In this document: piece by piece, positions 11,501 through 20,208 of the stretch
How the letters are laid out: each line of letters begins with the position of its first letter
Position numbering within the stretch: the stretch's first letter is position 1
IMG/VR virus record: IMGVR_UViG_3300025655_000024
Coordinates: 16,180 to 80,179 of that record
Length of the DNA stretch: 64,000 nucleotides
Origin: a virus
Direction: 5' to 3' (one strand)
The notes under the pieces: model-generated
What the model was told of the DNA's origin: nothing
Databases searched by the model: none
Seen by the model: the letters and a program-made list of their open reading frames with translations, nothing else
Position numbers and translations under genes: made by a program

Positions 11501-14381
11501 TGCTAATTGTCGTGTTTTCGGATTTCAACCCGTTTTTGACAACAGCCTTTGCTTTGTCTGTGGTGCTTTGTCGCATATTGTTGAGTGTCGCATAATCACT
11601 TTCGGTGGCGTTTGTCATTGAACCGTATTTGCTCGCTATTTCATAGCCATTCTCCAATGCAACCGACCAATCACCCGTCTTTTTGATTTTGTAAAGGGGC
11701 TGAGAATCCACTAAATCAATGGTAGTGGGAGAGGATAGGGTGATTGTGGGACAAGCCCGATAAAGCAGGGTATCTGTGGCTATGTCTTTGTCCAAATTGA
11801 GCAAAAACATTCGTGAAAATCTGTATGAACCAAGTGTTGAAGGGGCATAAGCACCACGCCACAAACGACCAAAAATTTCCGACACACTGTTCATCAACAC
11901 ATTGGGGTTGGGGGCATAGGTGTAGTCGCCAATCGTTCCACTGACCGCACCCAACGCTTCAGGAGAAACGGTTGTCACGCCATCAGCATTTGCGTCATAA
12001 ACCTCAAGGTCAATGCCCGCATCAAAATCACTGCTCGTGTAATCAACACCCGTTGGTTTGCCATTATAGCGAATATCGCCACCAATTCCACCACTCACCG
12101 TAATTATGTCGCCCGCTAAATAGCCCGAACCTGCTGATGCTAAATTTACGGTTGCCTTGACGATAGCACCATTGAAGGTCACAATGTCCACCGTCATACC
12201 GACTCCCGATCCCGAAGTCGTTGTAGCCACACCTATACCGTCGCTATACCCCGTTCCTCCGATGAGCAATTCAATAACCTCATAATTCACTTTGCGAATA
12301 AAAATGATAGTCCCCGCATAAAGAGCAATTGTTTGATTATCCACCAATTCAATGGATGACCCATTGATATAACCAACCGTTCCAATTTCAACATTGGTTG
12401 AAGTGACAACAACATCACCAACCGCAAATTCTCCACTCAATGCCGAGAACACCAAGTGATTGTGAGTCGTAGTTAATCCAAGTGAAGCCCTGTGCAATTC
12501 ATCGGTTGCGGTGAGTGCCACCAATGGATCTTCCTGCAATTTTATCGTCGTTGCATTCGGAACATTGTCAATAAGGCCGACGAATTCACCACTTGGACTC
12601 CACACTTCTTGTCCCGCCGCAAATTTGGTGGTGGCATCCGTTCCTGTGACGGTTAAGGTTCTCCCTGATCGGCTTACGAAATCAACACCCGTATTTTGAA
12701 TTGCACCCAACAATTCCAATCCTGTGGTTCGGTGGGTTGGCCCTAATGCCCGCAACCCCATAGAGTGAATACCGCTAACACCATCAACAACACCAACACT
12801 TTGTCCGTCTTTGGTGTAAATCGTATCACCAATTTCAAAGTGGTCGCCAAACGCTGTGTTTGGAGTCATGGCGTTGAATTGGGACACACCCGCACTCAAT
12901 GTTGCGTTGGTGCTGACATAGCACTCCGTTTCTTTCAAAACAAATTCATCCAATTCTGTTCCGAATTCAACATCGTCAAGCAATAATTCATCATCGGCTA
13001 AAGCCGTTCTTTGATCGTTTAGCCCTGTCCATTGAAATGGGTCGGATGCCACTTCACCCATGATAACCGGGCCGTCAAAGGGCATATCAGGCGGTGGTAA
13101 ATCGGGCAATACGCACGAATTCAATCCTTCAATGGAGAATCGGCTATACCCGTGTCCACTCAAAGCGGATGGTTGTGCGCCCCGTGATTCGTGCGTAATG
13201 TCGGGCAACCCCATGTTCCCACCATCCATCGGCTTAGCGGTGAGATACCACACAGGAAGTGGCGCACCAAGACCTTGAACGATTGGGCCACCGTTTGCTG
13301 TTCCCCAATACCCACCGCCTGTCGGCGTGTCACTTTCCCATGACACCACGACAGTGTGCTGTTGTTCTGTTTCATTGTGGATTGTCCATGTTGGTTCGGA
13401 TCCCAACACGCCATCAAAATCATAGGCGGTGTTGTAGGCATACACATTGAAAGCGATTTGACCTGTTTGATTTAATGAGCCAAAATTTGAATCGGCAATC
13501 ACTTCCCACGAATCGTAATAGAGGATGTATTCATTGGATGAAATAGTCGTTGTCAATTTGCCCTTTTGTGGTATGTCGGTTGGCAAACGCACCGTAGGTG
13601 CATTGTTGAGGGCTTCGCCAATATACAATTCATCAAATGACATCAGCACTTTTCCAAGCCGAATTGGGTCACTGTCACTTAGGTCAGTCGCCAAATCCTC
13701 TTTCAAATACACCTTTGTGCCTCTCACTTCAAGGACTGTTCCAACAAAACGACTGTTTGCACCTGCGGTGTATAACTTGTCACCGGGATGGATAGTGCTG
13801 AGAACCAAGTCGTTGCCCGACGATTCTTTCAAGGTGATGTAATTTGCTGAACCCTTTGCTTGATTACCATTGGCTTCCCACTGCAAAGAACCCCCTTCGC
13901 CCCCTGTCAAAAAGCCGAGAGGATTCCAATTTACACCTTCGTAATTGGCTCGCCCTGACATTGATTGGTATTTGGCTCGCAAATATCGCCCCCGTGAATG
14001 CGACCCTGTTTGATTCGCACGAGATGAATTGATAGCGGATGCAATCATCATCGCCGCCTCTTTTGACCCTAAATCATAGGTCAATGACGACGAGGCGGCA
14101 CTCGCCGCATCACTCGCACGCTTCAAATCAATCACATAGAAATTGTCACCGTTGCTATATGTGCCAACGGAGTCATTCGCCAAATTTGTTCGCACCAAAA
14201 AGTGCATACCGAGAGCGTTGCCACCACCCGCCCAAGTGAAAGTGGTCGCATCTGTATATTCGGTGTCAGGATAAGTGAAATGGAGGCTGAAATAGCCACT
14301 TGGGGGTCGTGCGTCATCACTCCCCATAGTGCGTGTGTCGGCAGGGTAGTCCTGTCGCTTGAACGCACTCACCTCAGCCAT
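5538..14381 (-). CDS. Giant tail-tip/baseplate hub protein (2947 aa)
   Basis: Uninterrupted ORF in the tail module. C-terminal hub-like segment (ANQVIVEG..IKPGEIIRV) and repeated beta modules. Confidence 0.7.
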   Translation of the reverse strand: MAEVSAFKRQDYPADTRTMGSDDARPPSGYFSLHFTYPDTEYTDATTFTWAGGGNALGMHFLVRTNLANDSVGTYSNGDNFYVIDLKRASDAASAASSSLTYDLGSKEAAMMIASAINSSRANQTGSHSRGRYLRAKYQSMSGRANYEGVNWNPLGFLTGGEGGSLQWEANGNQAKGSANYITLKESSGNDLVLSTIHPGDKLYTAGANSRFVGTVLEVRGTKVYLKEDLATDLSDSDPIRLGKVLMSFDELYIGEALNNAPTVRLPTDIPQKGKLTTTISSNEYILYYDSWEVIADSNFGSLNQTGQIAFNVYAYNTAYDFDGVLGSEPTWTIHNETEQQHTVVVSWESDTPTGGGYWGTANGGPIVQGLGAPLPVWYLTAKPMDGGNMGLPDITHESRGAQPSALSGHGYSRFSIEGLNSCVLPDLPPPDMPFDGPVIMGEVASDPFQWTGLNDQRTALADDELLLDDVEFGTELDEFVLKETECYVSTNATLSAGVSQFNAMTPNTAFGDHFEIGDTIYTKDGQSVGVVDGVSGIHSMGLRALGPTHRTTGLELLGAIQNTGVDFVSRSGRTLTVTGTDATTKFAAGQEVWSPSGEFVGLIDNVPNATTIKLQEDPLVALTATDELHRASLGLTTTHNHLVFSALSGEFAVGDVVVTSTNVEIGTVGYINGSSIELVDNQTIALYAGTIIFIRKVNYEVIELLIGGTGYSDGIGVATTTSGSGVGMTVDIVTFNGAIVKATVNLASAGSGYLAGDIITVSGGIGGDIRYNGKPTGVDYTSSDFDAGIDLEVYDANADGVTTVSPEALGAVSGTIGDYTYAPNPNVLMNSVSEIFGRLWRGAYAPSTLGSYRFSRMFLLNLDKDIATDTLLYRACPTITLSSPTTIDLVDSQPLYKIKKTGDWSVALENGYEIASKYGSMTNATESDYATLNNMRQSTTDKAKAVVKNGLKSENTTISTSTSPFVGSLGYVSRPYRVTRTVSTERVRGLYVPNEERVWDSISVVDDKGQELILEGGSPFGTVIKDFTYKQTRLNPNTGTETPLPSTVGSGIEPNLEINLPSQDEIPGNIIVRSGHDRVQAWNNLTWGMGGLSAPTSGLAGDAESSTKDVQVTAFDTHDRVLHFHAVRIIHDKMESQFGLTLNTTAGGVPSGTTRLFAAHRLSDHVERGSVLLDTNNGADGSYLHPHHRIRFGRQGHSFVAPLTTRGTPMALRRQLHRSHGSAYSLLFEAETEHKHWGFQSAYNGGIDPPSATVYYLDTLEVKSEAYNTGSFASDGFPMSEIKNAGLPNWRRYDGATPHDQIDLLFAPGQLHTKVEGATEQAQWVSAYYSQNSAAFGPYGSAATSGPIALTVGSRTVNNRHNAGEEFAMNGFMLSQYMLMGGRPNPAWIQNGFEASDGLHTYYSLTGHPAGWRTARVGTELATVPPLIAHDPEMVNMSAVPVANVESPSSSGDFDAEDSHADLALVSSSDTNSNAIPDAFLCTWLAEYSHPALLGTSREQYMTFRYREAGMPNAVYQPSVRGLYLRNAPATDTGSVDKGMAFERIYAFQWLQQYGYNGLNAGGHGTNWGQRSASAVLMGHTGLREPHGTLELRQHFVLRGASTRYSRGEGIGDGLNPRKAITKWVLDKDTTNSYEWNEMTVVQNPMVAVDLSRRLPVRAFGFKGASDALNMLAGDPAETSSSMDAILRSARFDGGKHDSMNDLPTGGDWAWGDSTYTGIERTVPIGMVISQHTNEGIGREGFNRLSNTPWTEAETRVGMGRVLQDETLGMVSHRAMPSGVVDAHRTEFATITGSSAKFLQAKSMNTGLDPIIGLNHHSGDRTKAANSVEAVYQASEFGASVGSEFYHHKGNNLHLNAHPVDVKINGDTDNQHFPAVGWGTNLNMKDKGEAERGTLPIPLHEIADHRQVQSDVAPRLGLSVETHSEYLTGENSDYVVTSTKAVSLHSDLAVGQVFPITPSWVQDTRWTKYGGSEGSITTDASRPDETYGGQSNPNQKVAKPKWSLNEDMDLAAVSNPFSDDILQANGVGVRDHWAVRGSADLPAWGGVFILRKTWLERPENTDALRSKQGGKNAAIKSQVAQPVRKYADYIVRMVRPLKVFGYTTKNDSDGNDMNQDGWLLGPYSTVTQAGSKDQPYTRDKRYGMFETTTTSQIGDIQGISSPYDSAPTIEWPDANNRDVVWHLIPSANMLQHFKADASRKDAEGRIVPLVEARYSQSTHAGGGEYISQTETVYATDDTVVVNPYLKRDKDANAVVKQPSTAMLALGAKAVIKFDAKSASPSKIVVDDATSFAQSGVLVIIGLTGQITYTSRTHNTFDGLTLTFQCASADLTGYTVRAGKNTGSAVSKIENIAPTSLGLVVLPSLVDNAVSVGKLLSDKWDATTSDDSAIINTNMGYRGIGHYNPSDFFMLSAQTFVLNDGQNTGLISYKRNAGTGGMSKVYVDGTEMIPSRFPPYLIDATNQKWRIAKAQNNEGDGDFYDTFLTFKNLTENSLSASGMEINSVRLGHFMGVGLRTTDAALLLMKDIIKSIPGIDLEKFRVFLEQKTTDAGVYADYSSAHHSTEVARQAFLFAHPNLRDAMLHSHHFISRKTRGIGIMDALRDLSRIDGYQLSLSEEGLLIYSPNIFIDMGRRVGTSSGPRNISVSQMLEMANQVIVEGDEIAINETVRASVKDLERMKRMGGVGDDEGVERTLKTKVLGVKERSVALRLAKGLLRRTEQGSALIRVEGLIKCSDIKPGEIIRVDFTAEAIKGEFVVFEVFNDYNTGLTDIVMGQYEKGIEGLLADLQTSTSTTSDDDATRTDEQIDITLNAPIQVISAHRVMTRFVNGTRLLIGGRWRGEPTTNQLGVIGVRGGDTGVLINNGGGYATSTTTMTVDGVDATERFAQHDAVLNANHEVIGYINSVTATTITLKAGSLVAVSDNERLRVSSSRQLPIGHSKSRFYEVK

Positions 14382-14382
14382 G

Positions 14383-17300
14383 TCAATCCCACACCGTTAG
14401 AGCATTATACAATTCCGTCACTTCGTCAGCGGTAAAAGCCTTTTTCCATAGAGCAATATCAGCAAGACCGCCTTTGAAATAAATGGGGTCTGTGTTATTT
14501 GATGTTCCACTGTGATGTCGCCCGTAAAAATATGTCCCCGATACGCTGTAAGAGTGCAAAGCAGTGCCGATGGTGAGCATATTGGTGTTCCTTCCATAAA
14601 ATCCGCTTGAAAGGGCAACACCCTTCTGTAAATCGTCATTGTTGTTCAAAGCGACTATGTTTTTGGTTGTTAGGGTAATTGCGGTTGCCGTCAAAGAGGC
14701 GACGACCCCAACAACATTCCCACTTGGGTCAAACACTGCATCACCGATGCTAAATTGGGTGGTTGCATCAACCGTATCAACGACAATAGTGACATTTTCG
14801 CCCGCTGTGTAGCCACCTGATTTGTTCACAAGGACACCCGATGCTGTCACATGAGGAACACCAATGGCGGTTGGCAAATGTGGGCTGTTTCCTGCTGTTC
14901 CGTTGCGGTATGATGACGAATCAATGTTCCCCAATTGTGTCACGCTTGACCCCAAACCACTCAATTCTTGAACACCGTTCACGAATACAGAAGCGGTTGG
15001 GTATGTTCCTGTTCTCGCCACCACAACATGATGCCATGCGTCTTTGGGCAAAGGTGCGAGAAGCGTAATCCTGTAATCCGATTGGCTTCCCAAAGCCTGT
15101 GCTGTTCTCACCAAAATAATCACATCCATCATGTTTGGGTCAATTGCATTTTCTTTGGTTTCAATGCCCACGCCAAATGTCCCGTTGTTCGTGTCAATGC
15201 CTTGAATGACAGGCCCATTTCCATAGGCTTCGCTTGTCCACGAACCTGTGTTGGGTTTAGCCGAGAACAAAAATGACACCGACCAATCGTCATTGACGGC
15301 ATCAATGATAGGAACACGCAATTGTGGGCTTTGACCCATCCCTGCGGATTGTTTGTGAAGGGATATGGCGGCGTTATCCGCTGTCGCTAAGTCAATTCCT
15401 TTTGATTCGGGATCAACGCTAATGGGTGCATCCACCCCATCAATAGCCGATGCTGAAAAATTGCCGTAGGCGAGCAATTTGCGACCAAAGAGGGTTTCAA
15501 GAACCAATTCTTTCCCGTCTGTTCCGTGATTTGTGCTGAATAGTCCACCTTCATTCAAGCGTGCATAAAACAAGCAATCGTTGTCCATCGTATGTGCTAA
15601 ATTGTCAGCAACGCCTGATGAAACGAGAGTGTATTTTCCATGCAATCCACGATATGTGTTTTCTTTGACGGTATCGCTATTCTTCAATTTGGTGAAATCC
15701 AATACGGCGGCGGATGTTTGAACCTCTTGAAGATTTTGAAAGCCACTATACCCCGTTGGGCCTTGAGAATAATGGTGAGTGTAAAAGTCCGAATAATCGT
15801 TGTCTGTTCCATCGCTGATGTCAAAGACCGTTCCTGTGTGTCCACCACCAAAGAACAGAATACCGTGTGCATCAGGCAAAGGATAGACGATTTTGATGAC
15901 CGCCTCTTTGCTATTGCCTTCGCGATCCACAAACAATTCAGTCCACTTCTTTGTTAGGTCGTCATCAAGGGGTCTTACCGTTCCCAAAAAACAGCACGCA
16001 CCGACTCCATTTACACGGCACTGCGTTGCCCCAATGTTCGCTACGATATTTTCAAAAGTCCCTATCAAAGCATCATCAACGACAATATAACCGAGATTTG
16101 AAGATGAGGTGTTTTGTGATAAACGGCTGATAACATCCAATGCCTTTCTTTCAACGGCAATATGCGGGAATGAATTCGTGTCATAAACGGGCCAAAAGTC
16201 GCCATCCTTTTGACGAGCGTTTTTGACTGATTTGATGATGAATTCGCTTCCGATTCCGTTGTAGGTTCGCAAATTACCACCACCATCCTCCACCCGCCCG
16301 TGAACACCGCCCTGAAATGTGGTAATCGGAATGTGTGTTTCACCATCCATGCCCAATGGCAAAGGGGCGGCAAAGGATGAAGCCTGATATGACCGACTGT
16401 TTGTAGCCAACAAACCACCGTGTCCTATTGCTTGAATAGGGCGATAAGGATAAGGACTGTTGTTGTGAAGCCATAGGGCGAAATTGCGACCTGTTGCACC
16501 CGGAATAGTGCTGTGTATAACAATAGATATGCCCACTTCTCCATCACGGCTCTCCACTTCTTGTCCAATAAATGCACGCACATACCCCATGTGTGTTCCT
16601 GTATCAAGACTTGACACTGTTTCTGTTCCATCGGTTTCGGTGAATAATTGTGGTGGATTGAAGGCACTTCCACCGTTGGTATTTTTTGCATTGGGATGAC
16701 CTGCTTGATTGATGAGTCGGGTGATTTCATTGACACCTTCTTTGAAATTACTGACATTTTTTGAATTGGCAACCGTTCCAAGGTTTATATGGAGTGGGCG
16801 AACATGGTCTAAGGTTTCATCATTACGCTTGCCTTTTAGAGCAAAATGTCCTGTTCGGCATTCAACAGGTGGTTGAAGCGGGAAGTCGTCATCACCAAAC
16901 AAATGGTTGCTCGGATCAAAAGAGAAGCCTTCCATTGTTGGCCCTTTGTTAATTAACAGCCGTGAGTCGTCTGTTGGGTCAATGCAAATCGCTGTTTTGT
17001 TGTCGGATGTTGAACGCCCCAAACACAAAGCATAGCGCATTGGGTCAATGAACGCTTGGGCCATTGTGCTATTGCTCGTTCCAACCGTAGCGGAGAAGCC
17101 CGTGAGTGCCTTGACTGTGCCGTTGTAATGAAAATCATCATCCGATAGCCAACAACCCATCACAACGGGCAAACCGATAATGAATTGGTCTTGCACTTCA
17201 CTCAATGTTGCGTCTTTATCAGCCCAATCGTGCCACGAATCAAAATATAGACGATGGCTCAATCCTTCAATTGACACTTTATACACACGGACACGGATTC

Positions 17301-20205
17301 CGCCCGTGTCGTTTATCACGCCTTCTCCAATCGTGACAGCGAATCCGTTGTCGCCGTTTGGTGTCGCACCCGCCGCCCCAAACGACCAATACGGTGAACC
17401 CAACGGTGTGTTGTTCACCAATGCTTCAGGTATGCCTGTCCTAAGCGTGATGTTTGTTGATGTCACGCTTGACACAACGCCAAGGAGTGAACCTGTGTTG
17501 TGGTTATACACTTCGTCACCGGGTTTGAATTGGGTGGTTGCATCAACCGTATCAACCGTAAGGCTCGTTTGACCGATGGGATGACCACTCAAAGCATTGA
17601 TTAACACACCTGTGCTTGTGGTGTTGTAATTCGGAACATCAATTCCACTTTCTTGAATAAACGGCTGAACATCATCAACCTCAATGTAAGCATCCGTGTA
17701 GGCTGAACCTCCTGTGGCGGTGGTTTCACCGCCTGAATATGTTCCCAATTTCAAATATGACGATGCGTTTTCTCGCATAAAACGAATGATTGTTCGCCCC
17801 GCAACCATGCTATAATTGTGGACTTTGAAGGATGAAACCTCCCCTCGCAACCCCCAATCAATCGCCCACCGATTCTCATAATTTTGCATTTGTGGGCGAT
17901 TAACAGCCGACATGGTGCAATCAACAACGATTTCCATTGACTTATCGCTCGGTAGTGGACTCCTTCGGTATTCACTATCAGGCAAAATTTGCTCAATGTC
18001 ATAGAACATTGAGGGGAACAACGGCAATTCAACCAATGCTCTCGTTGATGCGTAATAGGTGGAGGTTTGCCTGTCGTTTCGCACCGATGGGTTGTTTGTC
18101 CCAATCACCTTATCCTTCCACACAGGCAATTTGCTGTGTTCTGTTCGCACAGGGGCAACATCAATACCGCCTTGCCCCAAACCACCAAGTGTGATGCTCA
18201 CGGTTGGCGATCCCAAATCACCGATTTCTTTGATTGGGAAGCCTTCATTCAAATCAAAATCCCTTTCGCTAATTTTGTCCGTAATGTCAATCAATTGTGA
18301 ACGACCACGAAGGGCTACGCCTCCACTTGACATATCACCACTCACAGGATTGATTTCCTCAACACGCCCTCGCATCAAGGTCATTTCAATTGTGCAATTG
18401 TGATATGAATTGACTCCGTTTTGCTGAGTGTAAATAGTGTTGAGGGTCTTTGTTCTGTTCCTGTTTGACGGATGAATTAACAACAAATGACGGTCTGCCT
18501 CAACGATGTTATCAATGATGTCAAATTGTTCGTAATTGACAGGTTGCATGAATGGGTTGTCATTGTCGTTAAGTGTGTCCTTGTTTTTGTTTGATGATTG
18601 AATGGTGATGGTGTGGTAAATGCTGTCATTTTTGTCAGTGATTGAGCGTGTGTTGCTGATGGCGATTGGAGAACCATACCCATCGTCACGAATGCGGTTG
18701 CCCGCAATTGTTTCTTGAATGACGGTGTGAGCGCAATTTTCAACATTGACGAATGGCGAAATTGCCAAATCCCCCGTGGGATTTGCCCGCAACGAGTGGT
18801 TGGTTAAACCTGATTGAAAATCCTTTGAGGGTATGGCGATGAGTCCACCCGGTGCGTGCAGGGTGAGAGCATCCCATGTGGGCGGTGAACCAAATTGGTC
18901 GGCTGTGTAAGGTCGCCTAATCCAATCCAAAATAGACCGATATACAGGGTAGCCATTGGAGTTATCAACGAACACCGTATTGGTATCGGGCATGGTTTTT
19001 TCAACAATCAACCAACCTTTCTTTGACATGGTGTTGATACCGTCAATGTCGTTTCGGTATGTTTGAGCATGGGATGCGGGTGTGAACCACGAATTGTTGC
19101 CTTTCCACCCCGCAACCAATTCACCTGTTGGATCAATGGCGTTGTAATAGATGAGAATTTGTGGTGGCCCTCCTGCATTACGGAGGGCTTGTGGGGTTTC
19201 CAACACAGCAATTCGGCTCTCCTTCTCAGGAGTGACATGACGAACATAATTTTCGTTTGTTGGCTTGGTTGGGTCAATCATGTCAAACAAAGCATCCTCA
19301 TCGGTGTCCAAGCCTTTTAATGAGAACGGGCGAATGTCCTCCACAGCGATAGCCACCATCGTGTCTTGTGACGACGACACTACATTCCCGTAGGTCGTAT
19401 CAATGAAAGAATTGCCACCTTGAGCAACAATAGCGTGCTTAACGATGCTCGTGCCGACTGTTGTATATGTGCTGACTTGTGATGAGGTTTGCACATTCAA
19501 TGCTTCACCAACAAACACACGCTCGGTCACTTTGACCCTTTCATTTTGAGTCACCAATGTTTTCGCATACGGATCTTCGTATTGGCTTTCAAATTGGTCG
19601 GCTAAACCTTGAACAGTGCGTTTAACAGACTCAATTTTTGGTTGAGGCAATTGCTTCAAAAAGAAGTGACCCTCCACACGATTGTAGGTTGTCAAACCAC
19701 ACATACCTGCAATATCCGTTGTTGGCTCAATGACATTACCTGATACCGATGTGAATTCATCACCCGTCGCAGGTGGGTTGCCACTTCCGAAAATTGTGAT
19801 GGATGGCACACCGTTGAATGCGGCGGTGATGTCACCTGACGAGAGGATGGTTGAACCTCCGTTTGCATGAAGAAAGAAATAATCATCCAAGTCACTAACC
19901 GTGTGTGTTGGAGGTTGAGGCGGGGCGAGCATATTCGCACTGAAATTAGCCAACATAGAAGCCTGTAAAGCCGAACCCGTAGCCAAACCTTTGGTGACAA
20001 GCCAACGGATTGTATGATAAGCCGAAATTGCCGCCTCGTTTTGAAAAATTTCAATCGGTGGGCCTGAATAGCCGGGAAGAATTGGCACAAGCGTAATCGG
20101 CCCACCTTGAGCCAAATTGTTCACGGCATTCGTCAATTCCGTAGTCGCTGTTCCCGAATCGGTAGCGATAGCCGTGAGGATGAGTGTTTCTGTCAATTCA
20201 GTCAT
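14383..20205 (-). CDS. Large tail protein with C-terminal LamG/ConA-like domain (1940 aa)
   Basis: WHHVVVAR..VFVNG..FKGGLADIALWKKAFTADEVTELY; located in the tail module. Confidence 0.75.
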   Translation of the reverse strand: MTELTETLILTAIATDSGTATTELTNAVNNLAQGGPITLVPILPGYSGPPIEIFQNEAAISAYHTIRWLVTKGLATGSALQASMLANFSANMLAPPQPPTHTVSDLDDYFFLHANGGSTILSSGDITAAFNGVPSITIFGSGNPPATGDEFTSVSGNVIEPTTDIAGMCGLTTYNRVEGHFFLKQLPQPKIESVKRTVQGLADQFESQYEDPYAKTLVTQNERVKVTERVFVGEALNVQTSSQVSTYTTVGTSIVKHAIVAQGGNSFIDTTYGNVVSSSQDTMVAIAVEDIRPFSLKGLDTDEDALFDMIDPTKPTNENYVRHVTPEKESRIAVLETPQALRNAGGPPQILIYYNAIDPTGELVAGWKGNNSWFTPASHAQTYRNDIDGINTMSKKGWLIVEKTMPDTNTVFVDNSNGYPVYRSILDWIRRPYTADQFGSPPTWDALTLHAPGGLIAIPSKDFQSGLTNHSLRANPTGDLAISPFVNVENCAHTVIQETIAGNRIRDDGYGSPIAISNTRSITDKNDSIYHTITIQSSNKNKDTLNDNDNPFMQPVNYEQFDIIDNIVEADRHLLLIHPSNRNRTKTLNTIYTQQNGVNSYHNCTIEMTLMRGRVEEINPVSGDMSSGGVALRGRSQLIDITDKISERDFDLNEGFPIKEIGDLGSPTVSITLGGLGQGGIDVAPVRTEHSKLPVWKDKVIGTNNPSVRNDRQTSTYYASTRALVELPLFPSMFYDIEQILPDSEYRRSPLPSDKSMEIVVDCTMSAVNRPQMQNYENRWAIDWGLRGEVSSFKVHNYSMVAGRTIIRFMRENASSYLKLGTYSGGETTATGGSAYTDAYIEVDDVQPFIQESGIDVPNYNTTSTGVLINALSGHPIGQTSLTVDTVDATTQFKPGDEVYNHNTGSLLGVVSSVTSTNITLRTGIPEALVNNTPLGSPYWSFGAAGATPNGDNGFAVTIGEGVINDTGGIRVRVYKVSIEGLSHRLYFDSWHDWADKDATLSEVQDQFIIGLPVVMGCWLSDDDFHYNGTVKALTGFSATVGTSNSTMAQAFIDPMRYALCLGRSTSDNKTAICIDPTDDSRLLINKGPTMEGFSFDPSNHLFGDDDFPLQPPVECRTGHFALKGKRNDETLDHVRPLHINLGTVANSKNVSNFKEGVNEITRLINQAGHPNAKNTNGGSAFNPPQLFTETDGTETVSSLDTGTHMGYVRAFIGQEVESRDGEVGISIVIHSTIPGATGRNFALWLHNNSPYPYRPIQAIGHGGLLATNSRSYQASSFAAPLPLGMDGETHIPITTFQGGVHGRVEDGGGNLRTYNGIGSEFIIKSVKNARQKDGDFWPVYDTNSFPHIAVERKALDVISRLSQNTSSSNLGYIVVDDALIGTFENIVANIGATQCRVNGVGACCFLGTVRPLDDDLTKKWTELFVDREGNSKEAVIKIVYPLPDAHGILFFGGGHTGTVFDISDGTDNDYSDFYTHHYSQGPTGYSGFQNLQEVQTSAAVLDFTKLKNSDTVKENTYRGLHGKYTLVSSGVADNLAHTMDNDCLFYARLNEGGLFSTNHGTDGKELVLETLFGRKLLAYGNFSASAIDGVDAPISVDPESKGIDLATADNAAISLHKQSAGMGQSPQLRVPIIDAVNDDWSVSFLFSAKPNTGSWTSEAYGNGPVIQGIDTNNGTFGVGIETKENAIDPNMMDVIILVRTAQALGSQSDYRITLLAPLPKDAWHHVVVARTGTYPTASVFVNGVQELSGLGSSVTQLGNIDSSSYRNGTAGNSPHLPTAIGVPHVTASGVLVNKSGGYTAGENVTIVVDTVDATTQFSIGDAVFDPSGNVVGVVASLTATAITLTTKNIVALNNNDDLQKGVALSSGFYGRNTNMLTIGTALHSYSVSGTYFYGRHHSGTSNNTDPIYFKGGLADIALWKKAFTADEVTELYNALTVWD

Positions 20206-20208
20206 TCA

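Noticed and set aside
14753-17556. 29-nt exact repeat as a DGR template/variable pair or att site
   Set aside because: No reverse transcriptase or recombinase in the window and no adenine-specific mismatches; both copies are in-frame parts of a protein module.
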